From: Octopus sinensis | Taxonomy: Eukaryota | NCBI RefSeq assembly: GCF_006345805.1 | Contig: NC_043000.1 | Span: 147,312,001-147,376,000 of the forward strand | DNA length: 64,000 bases | Direction of reading: 5' to 3' | Part shown: positions 62,833-64,000 of the stretch, in pieces | Layout: each line of letters starts with the position of its first letter | Numbering within the stretch: position 1 is the first letter of the stretch | Notes under the pieces: generated by a model | What the model was told of the DNA's origin: nothing | Databases searched by the model: none | The model's input: only the letters and a program-made list of their open reading frames with translations | Made by a program: the position numbers and the translations under genes

Positions 62833-63467
62833 TGACAGATAAAGTGTTTAGAAATTATTAACAAGAGTGAAAGAAGGGTAGGAGGCAACATATTTTATTA
62901 TTTTGCATTTGAAATGAATGAAATTACAAAAAATATAATAGAACAAGTTATTTTTCTAGATTTTGTCACTGAAGAAAAATATTTAACATAAGAGAATGTG
63001 AGAGGAAGCTAATAAGAGAAAGAAAGACTAGAACAAAATTTATATCCAAAAAAGCAAGCAGAATATGAAAAGCTACAATAGTTTGTGACTACTCAAATTT
63101 TAATTGCTAGAGTGTAAGGTGTCGAAGGTTCCTTTGAACCAAATAATGTAGCACTGAAACAAGAGAATTGGTTTGGACTTAGTTTCAGTCAATTTCAAGA
63201 TCAAAGATGTCATTATTATAATTGTATTTCGATATTTTTCATATAACTAGAAAATTAATAAATACAGTGGAAAAGGAAAAAAAAAAATTATTTATCATTA
63301 CTATCAAAGTGCAGCAACTCATTAAAATAAATATTACTACCAATCAAAATGTACCCAGTACACTTTATAAAAGTACTTGGTAAATTAGTGAAGACTATAT
63401 TAAGTCTAAAAGACCCTTTAGTCTTGTTGAGAACGTAAATAATCTCTCTAATGTTGTTATAATAAAA

Positions 63468-63862
63468 CTAGCAGTATCGCCCGGCGTTGCTCGGGTTTGT
63501 AAGGGAAATAACTATATAAGTATTTTTAGAGATGTAAAGTATAATAGCCTTTTCAATATGGCTAACCACAAAGGAGGGTGTTACTGCAGCTTTTTACGTT
63601 CTGAGATTTAATAATAAATTTTTAGAGAGTTACTTCCCTTATATATGCCAAAAATGCATTAAAAATGGGAAAAATTGATGGTAAATTTTTTTTTAAATCG
63701 TAGACCCATCGTAGACGTGCGATAATACCCAGAAGGGCTCGATATGAATCACGACTATAAGATACCCGGTTTTGGTTAAACTGCACTGCAAAATGTGGGA
63801 GTAGTTAGGAATCTAAATCGTAGGAGACAGTCAGCACACAACCTCTCTTTTATATATAAAGA
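63468..63862 (-). mobile_element. Complete non-autonomous Helitron-like element (395 bp)
   Basis: On -, A|TC 5' end, hairpin CCCGAGCAACGCCGGG, CTAG|T 3' end. Confidence 0.85.
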
Positions 63863-64000
63863 TGTACCCAATAGGCTCTGTAAAATAATTGGTGCTTGGA
63901 AAAGCATTCAACTGTAGAAATCTTGCCAAAAATGGTAAGTATGAGTGTGCTGTGCTCTTCCAACTCATCTACGAGAGCAGCAACTCTAAGTAAGAACTGA

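Noticed and set aside
63093-63153. Good acceptor followed by ATLFGSKEPSTPYTLAIKI, reminiscent of LBP SKEP
   Set aside because: The frame reaches TGA with no usable donor; the other two frames also stop.

Overview
This is AT-rich, repeat-dense animal genomic DNA with one 100-N gap at 5256-5355. The SINE families look like those of octopus, which is my recognition and was not searched. Two spliced genes, missed by the ORF track because their exons are short, can be assembled by hand. (1) A complete NIFK (MKI67IP / Nop15-like RRM nucleolar protein) lies on + with coding exons 30966-31076, 33026-33148, 35374-35482, 37581-37798 and 42310-42648 (299 aa). A second, paralogous, in-frame terminal exon lies 7.3 kb downstream (49974-50450). 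It has a TACTAAC branch point, a phase-0 acceptor and its own AATAAA, so it looks like a duplicated alternative last exon. This is the strongest novel signal in the window. (2) The last five coding exons of an LBP/BPI-family gene lie on - (60055-60122, 56308-56356, 54226-54280, 54018-54094, 50962-51006), ending tail-to-tail with the duplicated NIFK exon 511 bp away. The last intron of this gene holds a palindromic insertion with a 16-bp target-site duplication that carries a hammerhead-ribozyme-like motif. The rest is tRNA-derived SINEs, LINE fragments (RTE, CR1/L2-like, R4/Dong-like, Penelope), DNA transposons and MITEs (Tigger, mariner, piggyBac-like, hAT), non-autonomous Helitrons and microsatellites. 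An old inverted duplication lies at about 5.4-10.6 kb. No gene in 1-30 kb could be identified with confidence. All coordinates were counted by hand, and repeat boundaries are approximate.
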